Below, piece after piece: positions 28,397-37,616 of a stretch of DNA of 64,000 nucleotides. The stretch spans positions 97,985 to 161,984 of the forward strand of contig CALRJH020000003.1 in the NCBI GenBank assembly GCA_943367475.1, written 5' to 3'. Each line of letters begins with the position of its first letter. Within the stretch, counting starts at the first letter, position 1. The translations under genes were made by a program, and so were the position numbers. The DNA comes from Paenacidovorax caeni. Its GTDB lineage: Bacteria > Pseudomonadota > Gammaproteobacteria > Burkholderiales > Methylophilaceae. The notes below the pieces were generated by a model. It made no database searches, was not told the origin of the DNA, and saw nothing but the letters and a program-made list of their open reading frames with translations.

Positions 28397-29232
28397 CGCC
28401 GCAACAATATTGCCAACAAAAAACCCGTGAAAGTGGCTCAAGCTTTACCTTGAGCTTTCTGTTTTTACCCAAAGCCAAACGTGAGGCAATGACTGCCCTC
28501 TATGCCTTCTGCCGTGAAGTTGACGATGTAGTGGACGAGTGTACCGACTACCAGATCGCACAAACCAAGCTGGCCTGGTGGAAACAGGAAGTACAACGGC
28601 TGTTTCACGAAACACCGCAACACCCGGTCACCAAAGCCCTCAAGCCCGTGGTCGCACGCTATGGCCTGGACGAAGCACACTTTATCGAAATCATCGATGG
28701 CATGCAGATGGACACGCAATACAACCGCTATGCTGAATTTAAGCAGTTACAACTGTATTGCTACCGGGTGGCCAGTGTGGTCGGGCTGCTCTCTGCACAG
28801 ATTTTCGGCTACAGCGACCGCGCCACCCTTAAATATGCGCATGACCTGGGTATTGCCTTTCAGCTGACCAATATCATTCGCGATGTGGGGGAGGATGCCC
28901 GACGGGGACGTATTTACTTACCGCTGGATGAGCTGGCACAAGCGGAAGTGACTGAAGAGCAATTGCTGCATAGCAAAACCAGCCAGCACACGCAGGCCAT
29001 GCTAATGACGCAAATTGAACGTGCCGAGGAGTTTTACAACAAAGCCTTGTCGCAACTGCCGAAAACAGATTATAAAAGCCAGCTGCCGGGTTTATTAATG
29101 GCCGCCATTTACCGCACCTTGCTGCGCGAAATCCGGCAAGACCCTAATCTGGTTCTGACGCATAAAGTCGCACTGCCGCCATTTAGAAAACTGACCCTGG
29201 CGCTGGGAGCCTGGCTAAAATATCGCTGGTAA
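28393..29232 (+). CDS. hpnD: Presqualene diphosphate synthase HpnD
   Basis: YCQQKTRESGSSFTLSFLFLPKAKREAMTALYAFCREVDDVVDE and NIIRDVGEDARRGRIYLP. 4-nt overlap with hpnC. Confidence 0.85.
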   Translation: MTPQQYCQQKTRESGSSFTLSFLFLPKAKREAMTALYAFCREVDDVVDECTDYQIAQTKLAWWKQEVQRLFHETPQHPVTKALKPVVARYGLDEAHFIEIIDGMQMDTQYNRYAEFKQLQLYCYRVASVVGLLSAQIFGYSDRATLKYAHDLGIAFQLTNIIRDVGEDARRGRIYLPLDELAQAEVTEEQLLHSKTSQHTQAMLMTQIERAEEFYNKALSQLPKTDYKSQLPGLLMAAIYRTLLREIRQDPNLVLTHKVALPPFRKLTLALGAWLKYRW

Positions 29233-29242
29233 CGGCCTGCCC

Positions 29243-30571
29243 ATGTCACAGCAACACATGCATGCACAACCGCATACTCCGCGCCGTGTAGCGGTAGTCG
29301 GTGCCGGATTGGCCGGACTCTCCGCCGCACTGCATTTACTCAAACACGGCCATCAGGTCACACTCTACGAAGCCGCCCCGCAGGCTGGCGGCCGTGCCCG
29401 CGGCGTCACCCTGTCGCATGCCACACTGGATAACGGGCAGCACTTGTGTCTGGGCGCCTACCAGGCGACCTTGCAGTTGCTGGCACAAGCGGGCCTGGCC
29501 GAACAGGATGTGTTTTTGCGCCTGCCGCTGGCGCTGTATATGCATGATGGCGAACAGCGCATGGCGCTGGTGACATCACGCTATTTACCCGCACCCTTGC
29601 ATCTGGTGTGGGGACTGTGCACTGCACATGGCCTGTCAGTCAACAGCAAATGGCGCGCATTAGCCTGGATGCTGCAACTCAGGCGACAGCACTTTCAACT
29701 TCGGCAGGACATGACCGTCGCCGACTTGCTGGCGCATGCCAAACAAACCACGCAAAGCATTCGCTGGCTATGGGAACCCTTATGCCTGGCGGCATTGAAC
29801 ACGCCAATCACACAAGCCAGCGGCCAAGTGTTCCTGCATGTATTGCGCGACAGCTTTCAGTATCGTCGCAGCGACAGTGATTTCTTAATTGCCCGGCAAG
29901 ATTTATCCGCTGCGTTAATACAACCGCTCTTGCAGTACATCACGGACGCAGGCGCCCAATGTCATCTGCATGCAACGGTCAGTAAGATAGTGCCCCATGG
30001 ACAGGCTGCACAGGTGTATACCGCAAATGGCATGACCACTTTCGATGCAGTGATTGTCGCGGTCGGGCCTCATCAGCTTAAAACCATCGAGATGCCGCGA
30101 TTACCGCAACTCGCACAGTTTAGCTATCAGCCAATTACCACCTTGTACGTGCAGTTTTCTGAAGAGATCCGCTTGCCTCATCCGGTCATGGGTTTATGTC
30201 ATGGTCTGGCACAATGGGTGTTTGACCGCGGCCAATGCTGCGCACAACCCGGGCTGCTGGCCTTTGTGGTCAGCGCGCACGACACATTGCCATCAAATAA
30301 AACGATACTCATCGAGCAATGTATTGCTGCGCTCAATCTGTCATTAAAATCTTATGGCATGCAATTGTCTGGAACCCCTGCCTGGTCGCAAATCATCACT
30401 GAAAAACGTGCGACTTTTAGCTGTGTCCAGGGACTGGAGCGCCCAAGGGGTGATTTTGGCGAAACGCAGATCTTTATCGCCGGTGACTATGTCGCGGGCG
30501 ACTATCCAGCCACCATCGAGGGCGCCGTGCGCAGTGGCATGCAAGCCGCGCAATATTGTTTACCGCATTGA
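29243..30571 (+). CDS. hpnE: Hydroxysqualene dehydroxylase HpnE (FAD-dependent amine-oxidase family)
   Basis: Rossmann motif VAVVGAGLAGLSAALHL...YEAAPQAGGRAR. C-terminal FIAGDY...PATIEGAVRSG. Follows hpnD. Confidence 0.85.
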   Translation: MSQQHMHAQPHTPRRVAVVGAGLAGLSAALHLLKHGHQVTLYEAAPQAGGRARGVTLSHATLDNGQHLCLGAYQATLQLLAQAGLAEQDVFLRLPLALYMHDGEQRMALVTSRYLPAPLHLVWGLCTAHGLSVNSKWRALAWMLQLRRQHFQLRQDMTVADLLAHAKQTTQSIRWLWEPLCLAALNTPITQASGQVFLHVLRDSFQYRRSDSDFLIARQDLSAALIQPLLQYITDAGAQCHLHATVSKIVPHGQAAQVYTANGMTTFDAVIVAVGPHQLKTIEMPRLPQLAQFSYQPITTLYVQFSEEIRLPHPVMGLCHGLAQWVFDRGQCCAQPGLLAFVVSAHDTLPSNKTILIEQCIAALNLSLKSYGMQLSGTPAWSQIITEKRATFSCVQGLERPRGDFGETQIFIAGDYVAGDYPATIEGAVRSGMQAAQYCLPH

Positions 30572-30692
30572 ACCCAGCTTCAATGTAACGGCTCTGCTAC
30601 AAACAGCTACAAAACACACTGCTTTGTCACTGACTTAAATGATTTCTCTTTTTATACTCATCCTGTATTCAATTTAAACAGGAGGATGGGGT

Positions 30693-30986
30693 ATGTCAGA
30701 AAGTAGAAAAGCACAATTGTATATCGCAGTATTGGTGGGTATTTGCTTGCTCGCCATCACCAGCCTCTCGCTCGCAGAGACGCCACCCCGCGGCAAACCG
30801 GATTTTATCAGTATGAAACAGGACGCATTACAACGGCTGAAGACTGAGTTAGCCTGTGTAGACGCAGCAAAAGATGAGTATGCCTTACGTGCCTGCCGCC
30901 CTAAACCACCGAATGGAGGACCGGACAGGCCTGGAGCCCCCTCTAACGCGGTTGAAAACAACAGATACAACTTACCCGAATTCTAA
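30693..30986 (+). CDS. Small secreted hypothetical protein
   Basis: 97 aa. AGGAGG RBS, signal peptide ...SLSLA, Pro/Gly-rich C-terminus. Confidence 0.45.
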   Translation: MSESRKAQLYIAVLVGICLLAITSLSLAETPPRGKPDFISMKQDALQRLKTELACVDAAKDEYALRACRPKPPNGGPDRPGAPSNAVENNRYNLPEF

Positions 30987-31049
30987 TCACGCGCTCACTG
31001 GCACAGTCGTGTTTCCTGCATTGATACGCAGCCAGTCTAGACGGTCACC

Positions 31050-31334
31050 TTACTTGGGATTGGAATGGCATATCACAGCCAGATGCTGCCTGGCTGGCAT
31101 GTAAATGCCATCCCCACTATCCGGAAACGTTTCGCGGTAGGAAAGTGATTTATCGACGTCATAGCCATTGCCACATAACTCACTGGCTTTGGCTTTACAA
31201 GTATCCAGCGTGGTATTGAACTCGCTGCACGTCAACTGATATCCAGCGTTTCCACTATGGGTGGTGTAGGGTGTGGCCTGAATACCGGCACAGGCACTGA
31301 GCAGAAATGGAAGTAAGCAACTTATTTTTTTCAT
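31050..31334 (-). CDS. Small lipoprotein, hypothetical
   Basis: Lipobox FLLSAC. AGGAGA RBS 8 nt upstream of the ATG at 31334 (the ORF track starts at the GTG one codon earlier). Contains 4 further Cys. Confidence 0.5.
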   Translation of the reverse strand: MKKISCLLPFLLSACAGIQATPYTTHSGNAGYQLTCSEFNTTLDTCKAKASELCGNGYDVDKSLSYRETFPDSGDGIYMPARQHLAVICHSNPK

Positions 31335-31488
31335 CACCCGGTCTCCTTTTTAATGTTCTCGGGAATTTCATCTTTTTGTCACACTAATGTGTTATGGCAT
31401 CTGAAATTTTAGGCAATGGTTTTTTGGATGAGTTGCGTGAACTTTTTATGAAAAAACAGGAAGAACATCAGTCATCACGATGACTGAC

Positions 31489-32853
31489 TCATACTGTCGC
31501 ATGGCGCAAATAATCAATCGCCTGCTCCAGGCGATCAACCGCTTCAACCTGCAAGCCGGCAATCGGCGTTTTAGGGGCATTGGCTTTAGGAATGATGGCA
31601 TGGGTAAATCCCAGCTTGGCGGCCTCTTTCAAGCGCTCCTGCCCACGTTGCACAGGCCGCACCTCACCTGCCAGTCCAACTTCACCAAATACAATCAGTT
31701 TCGATTGTAATGGTTTGTTTTTAAATGAAGAAACGATAGCGAGTAATACCGCCAAGTCTACGGCTGGCTCACTGATCTTGACACCGCCGACCGCATTGAT
31801 AAACACATCCTGATCGTAACAGGCCACCCCTGCATGGCGATGCAATACCGCCAATAACATGGCCAAACGGTTTTGCTCGAGACCAACACACAAACGCTTG
31901 GGGTTGGGTGCATGGGCGGTATCCACCAAGGCCTGTATTTCAACCAGCAATGGCCGGGTACCCTCTTGCGTTACGGTAATGCAAGAGCCTGGAACGGGCG
32001 CATCATGTTGCGACAAAAATAAAGCCGATGGATTGCTGACCTCGCGCAGACCTTTTTCGGTCATGGCAAACACGCCCAGCTCATTGACAGCACCAAACCG
32101 GTTCTTAATGGCACGGATCAGGCGGAAACTGGAGTTCTGGTCACCTTCAAAGTAAAGCACGCTATCGACAATGTGTTCCAGTACACGTGGGCCTGCCAAG
32201 GAACCTTCTTTGGTGACATGCCCCACCAGAATCATGCTGATGCCCAATTGCTTGGCAATCCGCGTCAGTTGGGCACTACACTCGCGTACCTGCGCCACCG
32301 AGCCCGGTGCAGACTGTAAAGCCTCTGAGTATACGGTCTGGATAGAGTCAATGATCACCAGATCTGGCTGATGCTGTTGCAGTACCTGACTGATTTTTTC
32401 CAGGTTAATTTCTGCCAGCACATCGACCTGAGTGGCGTTCAGCCCCAGTCGCCTGGCACGCATGGCGATCTGCTGAGCGGATTCTTCACCACTGATGTAA
32501 AACGACTTCAGTGATTGCGATATTTTGCACACGGTTTGTAACAATAAGGTTGATTTACCGATGCCGGGATCACCCCCAATCAGCACCACACCGCCTGCCA
32601 CCAGGCCACCACCCAGTACACGGTCAAACTCGGCAATCCCGGTTTGCTGACGCGACACATCCTGTGCTTCAACGTCTGCCAATTTTTGCAACTGTGCAGT
32701 GGGTGCCAGGCTGGCAAAGCGGCTTTGCGTCACAGCCTCCGGCACAGTTTCAACCAGGGTATTCCAGGCATGACAGCTCGGGCATTGCCCTTGCCATTTG
32801 GGCTCAGACGCACCACATTCGGTACACGTGTAGTTTGTTTTGACTTTAGCCAT
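31489..32853 (-). CDS. radA: DNA repair protein RadA/Sms
   Basis: N-terminal zinc ribbon YTCTECG...CPSCHAWN, Walker A GDPGIGKSTLLLQ, KNRFG motif, Lon-like C-terminal domain. Start MAKVK at 32853. Confidence 0.95.
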   Translation of the reverse strand: MAKVKTNYTCTECGASEPKWQGQCPSCHAWNTLVETVPEAVTQSRFASLAPTAQLQKLADVEAQDVSRQQTGIAEFDRVLGGGLVAGGVVLIGGDPGIGKSTLLLQTVCKISQSLKSFYISGEESAQQIAMRARRLGLNATQVDVLAEINLEKISQVLQQHQPDLVIIDSIQTVYSEALQSAPGSVAQVRECSAQLTRIAKQLGISMILVGHVTKEGSLAGPRVLEHIVDSVLYFEGDQNSSFRLIRAIKNRFGAVNELGVFAMTEKGLREVSNPSALFLSQHDAPVPGSCITVTQEGTRPLLVEIQALVDTAHAPNPKRLCVGLEQNRLAMLLAVLHRHAGVACYDQDVFINAVGGVKISEPAVDLAVLLAIVSSFKNKPLQSKLIVFGEVGLAGEVRPVQRGQERLKEAAKLGFTHAIIPKANAPKTPIAGLQVEAVDRLEQAIDYLRHATV

Positions 32854-33922
32854 GTACCACCATCGGCACGCGCGCGGTAACCGCACATAACAATTCATAG
32901 CCTATGGTGCCACTGGCCTGCGCCACAGCATCCACTGGCACCAGATCACCCCACAGCTGCACTGTGCTGCCAATACGGGCATCGGGGATGTCAGTGACGT
33001 CAACAGCCAGCATATCCATCGACACCCGCCCCAGTGTGCGCGTCAACACACCATTGACCGCAACAGGCGTGCCCGTTGGCGCATGCCTGGGATAGCCATC
33101 CGCATAGCCACAGGCAACCACACCGACGCTTGTCGGTTTGTCAGCTGTAAACTGGCTGCCATAGCCCACACTTTCCCCGGCCGGAATTTCCTGTATCCCA
33201 ATCAGGGCTGACTGCAGCGTCATGACAGGTTTCAAGTGGAGTGATGCCGCGGATTTTTCAGCCACAGGGCTTGCACCATACAACATAATACCGGGGCGCA
33301 CCCATTCTGCATGCGTATGCGGCTGCTGCACAATTGCGGCAGAATTCGCCAGCGAACGCGGATAAGGCAGACTGGACATCACCTGCGTCACCCGCTGCAT
33401 GGCAAGCGCAGTGCCATCTGCCACATCGGCATTGGCAAAATGGGTCATCATGACCAGGTCACGTACATTGGGTGAGCCTGCAAGCTGTTGCAATGCGTAA
33501 CCATAGACATCCGGCTGAAAACCCAGCCGGTGCATGCCACTGTCCAGTTTAAGGTAAATCCGCAGTGGCATATTAAGATCTGCATCGAGCAGCCAGTGCA
33601 ACTGGTCACGATTGGCAATCACAATATCCAGCCGATAGCGGTCGGCGAGGACTATTTCATCTGCTGAAAACACCCCTTCCAGCAATAACACAGGCTGCTG
33701 ATAACCGGCATCCCGCAAAGTAATTGCTTCACTGATATTGAGGACTGCAAAAGCATCGGTTTCTTTGAGCCCGCGTGCCGCGTTCAGCAAACCATGGCCA
33801 TAGGCGTTGGCTTTGACCACTGCAATGACTTTGGATTGTGGCGCATAACGCCTGACTTGTGCCAGGTTGTGGACCAGCGCAGATTCATCAATATGAGCAA
33901 CAAGTGGACGCATAGTAGTCAC
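32846..33922 (-). CDS. alr: Alanine racemase
   Basis: PLP-lysine motif VVKANAYGHG and C-terminal GYADGYPR. Confidence 0.9.
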   Translation of the reverse strand: MTTMRPLVAHIDESALVHNLAQVRRYAPQSKVIAVVKANAYGHGLLNAARGLKETDAFAVLNISEAITLRDAGYQQPVLLLEGVFSADEIVLADRYRLDIVIANRDQLHWLLDADLNMPLRIYLKLDSGMHRLGFQPDVYGYALQQLAGSPNVRDLVMMTHFANADVADGTALAMQRVTQVMSSLPYPRSLANSAAIVQQPHTHAEWVRPGIMLYGASPVAEKSAASLHLKPVMTLQSALIGIQEIPAGESVGYGSQFTADKPTSVGVVACGYADGYPRHAPTGTPVAVNGVLTRTLGRVSMDMLAVDVTDIPDARIGSTVQLWGDLVPVDAVAQASGTIGYELLCAVTARVPMVVHG

Positions 33923-33930
33923 CAGCCCGT

Positions 33931-35313
33931 TTAATACTCATCCGGCATATACGCCGCATTGGCATAGTTCTCAAAGCGGGTATGGGCGCCCATAAAGGTC
34001 AATCGTACGCGGCCAATCGGGCCGTTACGCTGTTTGGCGATAATAATCTCGGCGGTCCCTTTTTCGGCACTATCGGGGTTGTAGTACTCATCACGATACA
34101 CAAACATGATCAAGTCAGCATCCTGCTCAATCGCACCCGATTCACGCAAGTCACTCATCACCGGGCGTTTATCAGGGCGCTGGTCCACACCGCGGTTCAG
34201 CTGGGAAATGGCGATCACCGGCACATCCAGTTCTTTGGCCAGCGCTTTGAGCGAACGTGAGATTTCAGAAATTTCCGTGGCGCGGTTTTCACCAGCCTTG
34301 CCGGATGGCGAGGTCATCAACTGCAAATAGTCGATGACGATCAAGCCGAGCTTGCCGGTTTGACGGTGCAAGCGGCGGGCACGGGCGCGCACATCGAAGC
34401 TGCTCAAGCCTGCGCCTTCATCGATATAAATCGGCGCTTCGTTGAGCTTGCCCAATGCCGTGGTGAGCTTCTCCCAATCCTCGTCCTCGAGGTTACCGTT
34501 ACGCATTTTGTGCTGATCCAGACGCCCTACCGAACCGATCATACGGGTGGTCAATTGCGTGGCCCCCATCTCCATCGAGAAAATAGCGACAGGCAGCTGT
34601 GTATTCAGCGCCACATTCTCGGCGATGTTAATCGCAAAGGCCGTTTTACCCATGGACGGCCGGCCGGCAATAATCACCATGTCGCCGCCCTGCAGGCCGG
34701 AAGTCATCGAATCCAGATCTCCAAATCCGGTAGGAATACCAGTGACATCAGAATGGTTGTCGCGGGAATATAAATAATCAATACGGTCCGCGACCTGCGG
34801 CAACAGTACTTGCATGCCTAAAAAGCCCTGTGCCTTGCGATTGCCGCCTTCGGCAATCTGGAAAATCTTGGCTTCTGCTTCGTCCAGCAACTGCTGGGCA
34901 TCCCGCCCATTAGGCTGGTAGGCGCTTTCGGCAATATCTGTCCCGACAGTGACCAACTGACGCATAACAAAACGTTCATGCACAATTTCAGCGTAACGCC
35001 GGATATTGGCCGCAGTCGGGGTATTCTGCGCCAGTGCCCCCAGATACGCCACCCCACCGACCGTGGTCAGCTCTGCCGAGTTCTCGAGCGATTCGGCAAC
35101 AGTCACAATATCTGCCGGCTGGCTACGTTCGATCAGCTTGGTGATATGCTGGTAAATGAGTTTGTGGTCGTGCTGATAAAAATCCTGCGCCGATAAAATA
35201 TCGGCGATCTTGTCCAGCGCTTCGTTGTCGAGCAACAAGCCCCCCAGCACCGACTGCTCGGCTTCTATGGAATGCGGGGGGAGTTTTAAGTATTCGAGTT
35301 GTTCGTCAGCCAT
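33931..35313 (-). CDS. dnaB: Replicative DNA helicase DnaB
   Basis: PPHSIEAEQSVLGGLLLDN, Walker A GRPSMGKTAF, IVIDYLQLM, SQLNR. Confidence 0.95.
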   Translation of the reverse strand: MADEQLEYLKLPPHSIEAEQSVLGGLLLDNEALDKIADILSAQDFYQHDHKLIYQHITKLIERSQPADIVTVAESLENSAELTTVGGVAYLGALAQNTPTAANIRRYAEIVHERFVMRQLVTVGTDIAESAYQPNGRDAQQLLDEAEAKIFQIAEGGNRKAQGFLGMQVLLPQVADRIDYLYSRDNHSDVTGIPTGFGDLDSMTSGLQGGDMVIIAGRPSMGKTAFAINIAENVALNTQLPVAIFSMEMGATQLTTRMIGSVGRLDQHKMRNGNLEDEDWEKLTTALGKLNEAPIYIDEGAGLSSFDVRARARRLHRQTGKLGLIVIDYLQLMTSPSGKAGENRATEISEISRSLKALAKELDVPVIAISQLNRGVDQRPDKRPVMSDLRESGAIEQDADLIMFVYRDEYYNPDSAEKGTAEIIIAKQRNGPIGRVRLTFMGAHTRFENYANAAYMPDEY

Positions 35314-35500
35314 CCGGGAATTATACCGAAAAGCACTCTTGCATTTTCGGGTTTCAGAGAGATATCAGATTAAAAAACTTTTCAGCCACCCGTGCTCTCT
35401 AGATTCAGGGCAGTTTACCAGGAGTATTGCGCAATGCCGGTGGGCAACATCGTGAAAAGTCATTCATCACGCACTATTTAACCTGGTAATCCCGGTGGCT

Positions 35501-35534
35501 GAAAAACAAAAAGGCTACCGAAGTAGCCTTTTTT
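35501..35534 (-). terminator. Rho-independent terminator after rplI
   Basis: AAGGCTAC-cgaa-GTAGCCTT hairpin. The minus strand follows it with TTTTTGTTTTTC. Confidence 0.8.
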
Positions 35535-35553
35535 GATGCTTGCAGAAGCTGAA

Positions 35554-36003
35554 TTAAGCTTCTGGTGTCACAGTCACAGTGATATCAACGACCACGTCGT
35601 GATGCAATGCAACGCTCACAGCAAATTCACCGATGTTTTTCAGTGGGCCGTTAGGCAAACGCACTTCAGATTTTTTCACATCATGACCTTGTGCTTGCAA
35701 GCCTTCAGCGATATCCATGTTGGTGACAGAACCAAACAGACGGCCATCAACACCCGCTTTTTGAGCTACACTCAGGTTGAAACCAGCCAGCTTCTCGCCG
35801 CGGGCCTGTGCCAGAACCAGCAAATCAGCCTGTTGTTTTTCCAGCTCGGCACGTTGTGCTGCAAATACTGCCTTGTTTGCTTCAGTGGCACGTTTTGCCT
35901 TGCCTTGTGGAATCAGGAAGTTACGGCCGTAACCGTCTTTCACTTTAACCACATCGCCCAGAGAGCCCAGGTTTGCTACTTTTTCCAATAAAATCACTTG
36001 CAT
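35554..36003 (-). CDS. rplI: 50S ribosomal protein L9
   Basis: [36 protein letters not shown]. Confidence 0.95.
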   Translation of the reverse strand: MQVILLEKVANLGSLGDVVKVKDGYGRNFLIPQGKAKRATEANKAVFAAQRAELEKQQADLLVLAQARGEKLAGFNLSVAQKAGVDGRLFGSVTNMDIAEGLQAQGHDVKKSEVRLPNGPLKNIGEFAVSVALHHDVVVDITVTVTPEA

Positions 36004-36024
36004 GTTGTTCTCCTAAGCCGCCAA

Positions 36025-36258
36025 TTAACCTGGGTGTTTGTCTGTGTAAGGCATCAGTGCCAGGAAACGCGCGCGTTTAACAGCGGTTGTCAGTTGACGT
36101 TGATATTTAGCCTTGGTGCCAGTCATACGGGCTGGAATGATTTTGAAGTTTTCTGAAACGAAATCTTTCAACAGATCTACGTCTTTGTAATCTACTTCTT
36201 TGATGCCTTCTGCGCTAAAACGGCAGTAACGGCGACGTTTGTACATATCTCTTGCCAT
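36025..36258 (-). CDS. rpsR: 30S ribosomal protein S18
   Basis: RRRYCRF...[40 protein letters not shown]. Confidence 0.95.
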   Translation of the reverse strand: MARDMYKRRRYCRFSAEGIKEVDYKDVDLLKDFVSENFKIIPARMTGTKAKYQRQLTTAVKRARFLALMPYTDKHPG

Positions 36259-36570
36259 TTAAAACTCCTTCAATATTTTTAGTTGCTGTATCAGCTGTAT
36301 CTCTTGTATATGCATCACCACTTGCGTACTTTTTGCACTGCGCTGTGACAGAAAGCCTTTGGCTTTAATCTGGTCACCTGTTTGCAGGGATAATCTGGCT
36401 TTTTCACCGATCAACACTGCTGGCAGCACACACTGCACTTTACGATTCAGGCCAGCTTCTAGCTGCTCCGAATCATGTTGCAGCTGCAATCGTAACAAGG
36501 GTAATCCTGCGGGTGTATAGCGTAACGGCTCAATTGCTTGCACCGTTGCGGCAATCACCAGCGTATTCAC
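36259..36570 (-). CDS. priB: Primosomal replication protein N (PriB)
   Basis: 103-aa OB-fold-sized ORF between rpsF and rpsR, the conserved betaproteobacterial position of priB. Confidence 0.75.
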   Translation of the reverse strand: MNTLVIAATVQAIEPLRYTPAGLPLLRLQLQHDSEQLEAGLNRKVQCVLPAVLIGEKARLSLQTGDQIKAKGFLSQRSAKSTQVVMHIQEIQLIQQLKILKEF

Positions 36571-36575
36571 AACAA

Positions 36576-36953
36576 TTAGGCTGCGGCCTCAGTAGCGGCT
36601 GCGGCTGGTGCATCACCCACGATGGTTTTGGACTTTTCCTCTTTCATCATTGGGCTAGGCGCAGTCACCGCTGTTTTTGTCGCGACAGTCAAGTGACGCA
36701 ATACAGCATCGTTAAATTTGAAGCCATGCTCCAACTCTTCAAGCACGGCTTGGCTGCACTCGATGTTCATCAACACATAGTGCGCTTTGTGTACTTTTTG
36801 AATTGGATAGGCAAGTTGACGACGGCCCCAATCTTCCAGACGGTGGATGTTGCCGCCATTGCCTGTGATTTGTGCGCGGTAGCGCTCAATCATTGCAGGC
36901 ACTTGTTCACTCTGGTCAGGGTGAACAATAAACACGATTTCATAGTGTCGCAT
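36576..36953 (-). CDS. rpsF: 30S ribosomal protein S6
   Basis: [25 protein letters not shown]... Confidence 0.95.
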   Translation of the reverse strand: MRHYEIVFIVHPDQSEQVPAMIERYRAQITGNGGNIHRLEDWGRRQLAYPIQKVHKAHYVLMNIECSQAVLEELEHGFKFNDAVLRHLTVATKTAVTAPSPMMKEEKSKTIVGDAPAAAATEAAA

Positions 36954-37032
36954 GAGATTTCCTTATGGTTAAAGCCACCTTCAGATCAGTCCAAATGACT
37001 TGTCAAAGTGTGGCAAGGTTGCAAAGCACGCG

Positions 37033-37062
37033 ATTATAAACTGTTTTTCATGCTGCAATCAA
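37033..37062 (-). promoter_or_regulatory. Sigma70-type promoter candidate for the rpsF operon
   Basis: Minus strand reads TTGATT - 18 nt - TATAAT, about 80 nt upstream of the rpsF start. Confidence 0.5.
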
Positions 37063-37066
37063 GGCC

Positions 37067-37426
37067 TTATTGCTGACCAGGCTTATTTTCAAGGCTTTTA
37101 TCTTCTTTGGGCAAGTAATAGGGGTCGGCCACATACCCCGGCCCTTTCATGATAATAATGACAATCAGGCCTATGGTCATGGCGCCGATAAAAAACCAGA
37201 AAGTAAACAGCAGCCCCAGAAAAATCGCCAGATGCTCCAGATCCTGGCTCAACACATCCACGTTCTTCCACCAGGCGTATATCAGCGGCGCTGCAAAGAC
37301 AATACTTCCCAGCAGCCACCATTTCGGCAGCTTTTTCAAAAGCAGCCACTCTTTATGACTTGGGTAACGTATGCCACCCGGCAGTTTGTTCAATAAACCC
37401 ATCTGCTTCCTCTCTGCGTTCTTCAC
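37067..37426 (-). CDS. Small membrane protein, hypothetical (2-3 TM)
   Basis: 119 aa. Hydrophobic segments WWLLGSIVFAAPLIYAWW and LAIFLGLLFTFWFFIGAMTIGLIVIIIM. Confidence 0.45.
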   Translation of the reverse strand: MKNAERKQMGLLNKLPGGIRYPSHKEWLLLKKLPKWWLLGSIVFAAPLIYAWWKNVDVLSQDLEHLAIFLGLLFTFWFFIGAMTIGLIVIIIMKGPGYVADPYYLPKEDKSLENKPGQQ

Positions 37427-37616
37427 ATTCTAACTCACCATCCCCATGCGTACGACACGCGCCCGACTGTTTATATCCCTCATGCCTCCTGGCAATCGAA
37501 TACTGGCGCTTCCAGTGCGCTTCTTTATTAAAGACTTGCGCATTTCTGCCGTAAATAACTTAACCATGAATATTGTCAGGACCATTGCTGTCCTGCATTT
37601 TAATAAAGGTAACTCC

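Noticed and set aside
30999-31020. Sigma54-like TGGCAC element (TGGCACagtcgTGTTTCCTGCA)
   Set aside because: The -12 element does not fit. TTGC is absent at the required 5-nt spacing, and the TGCA lies too far away. No appropriately oriented downstream gene needs it.
35533-36998. Plus-strand ORFs of 152 and 161 aa over the ribosomal-protein operon
   Set aside because: They are antisense to rplI, rpsR, priB and rpsF, all unmistakable on the minus strand.
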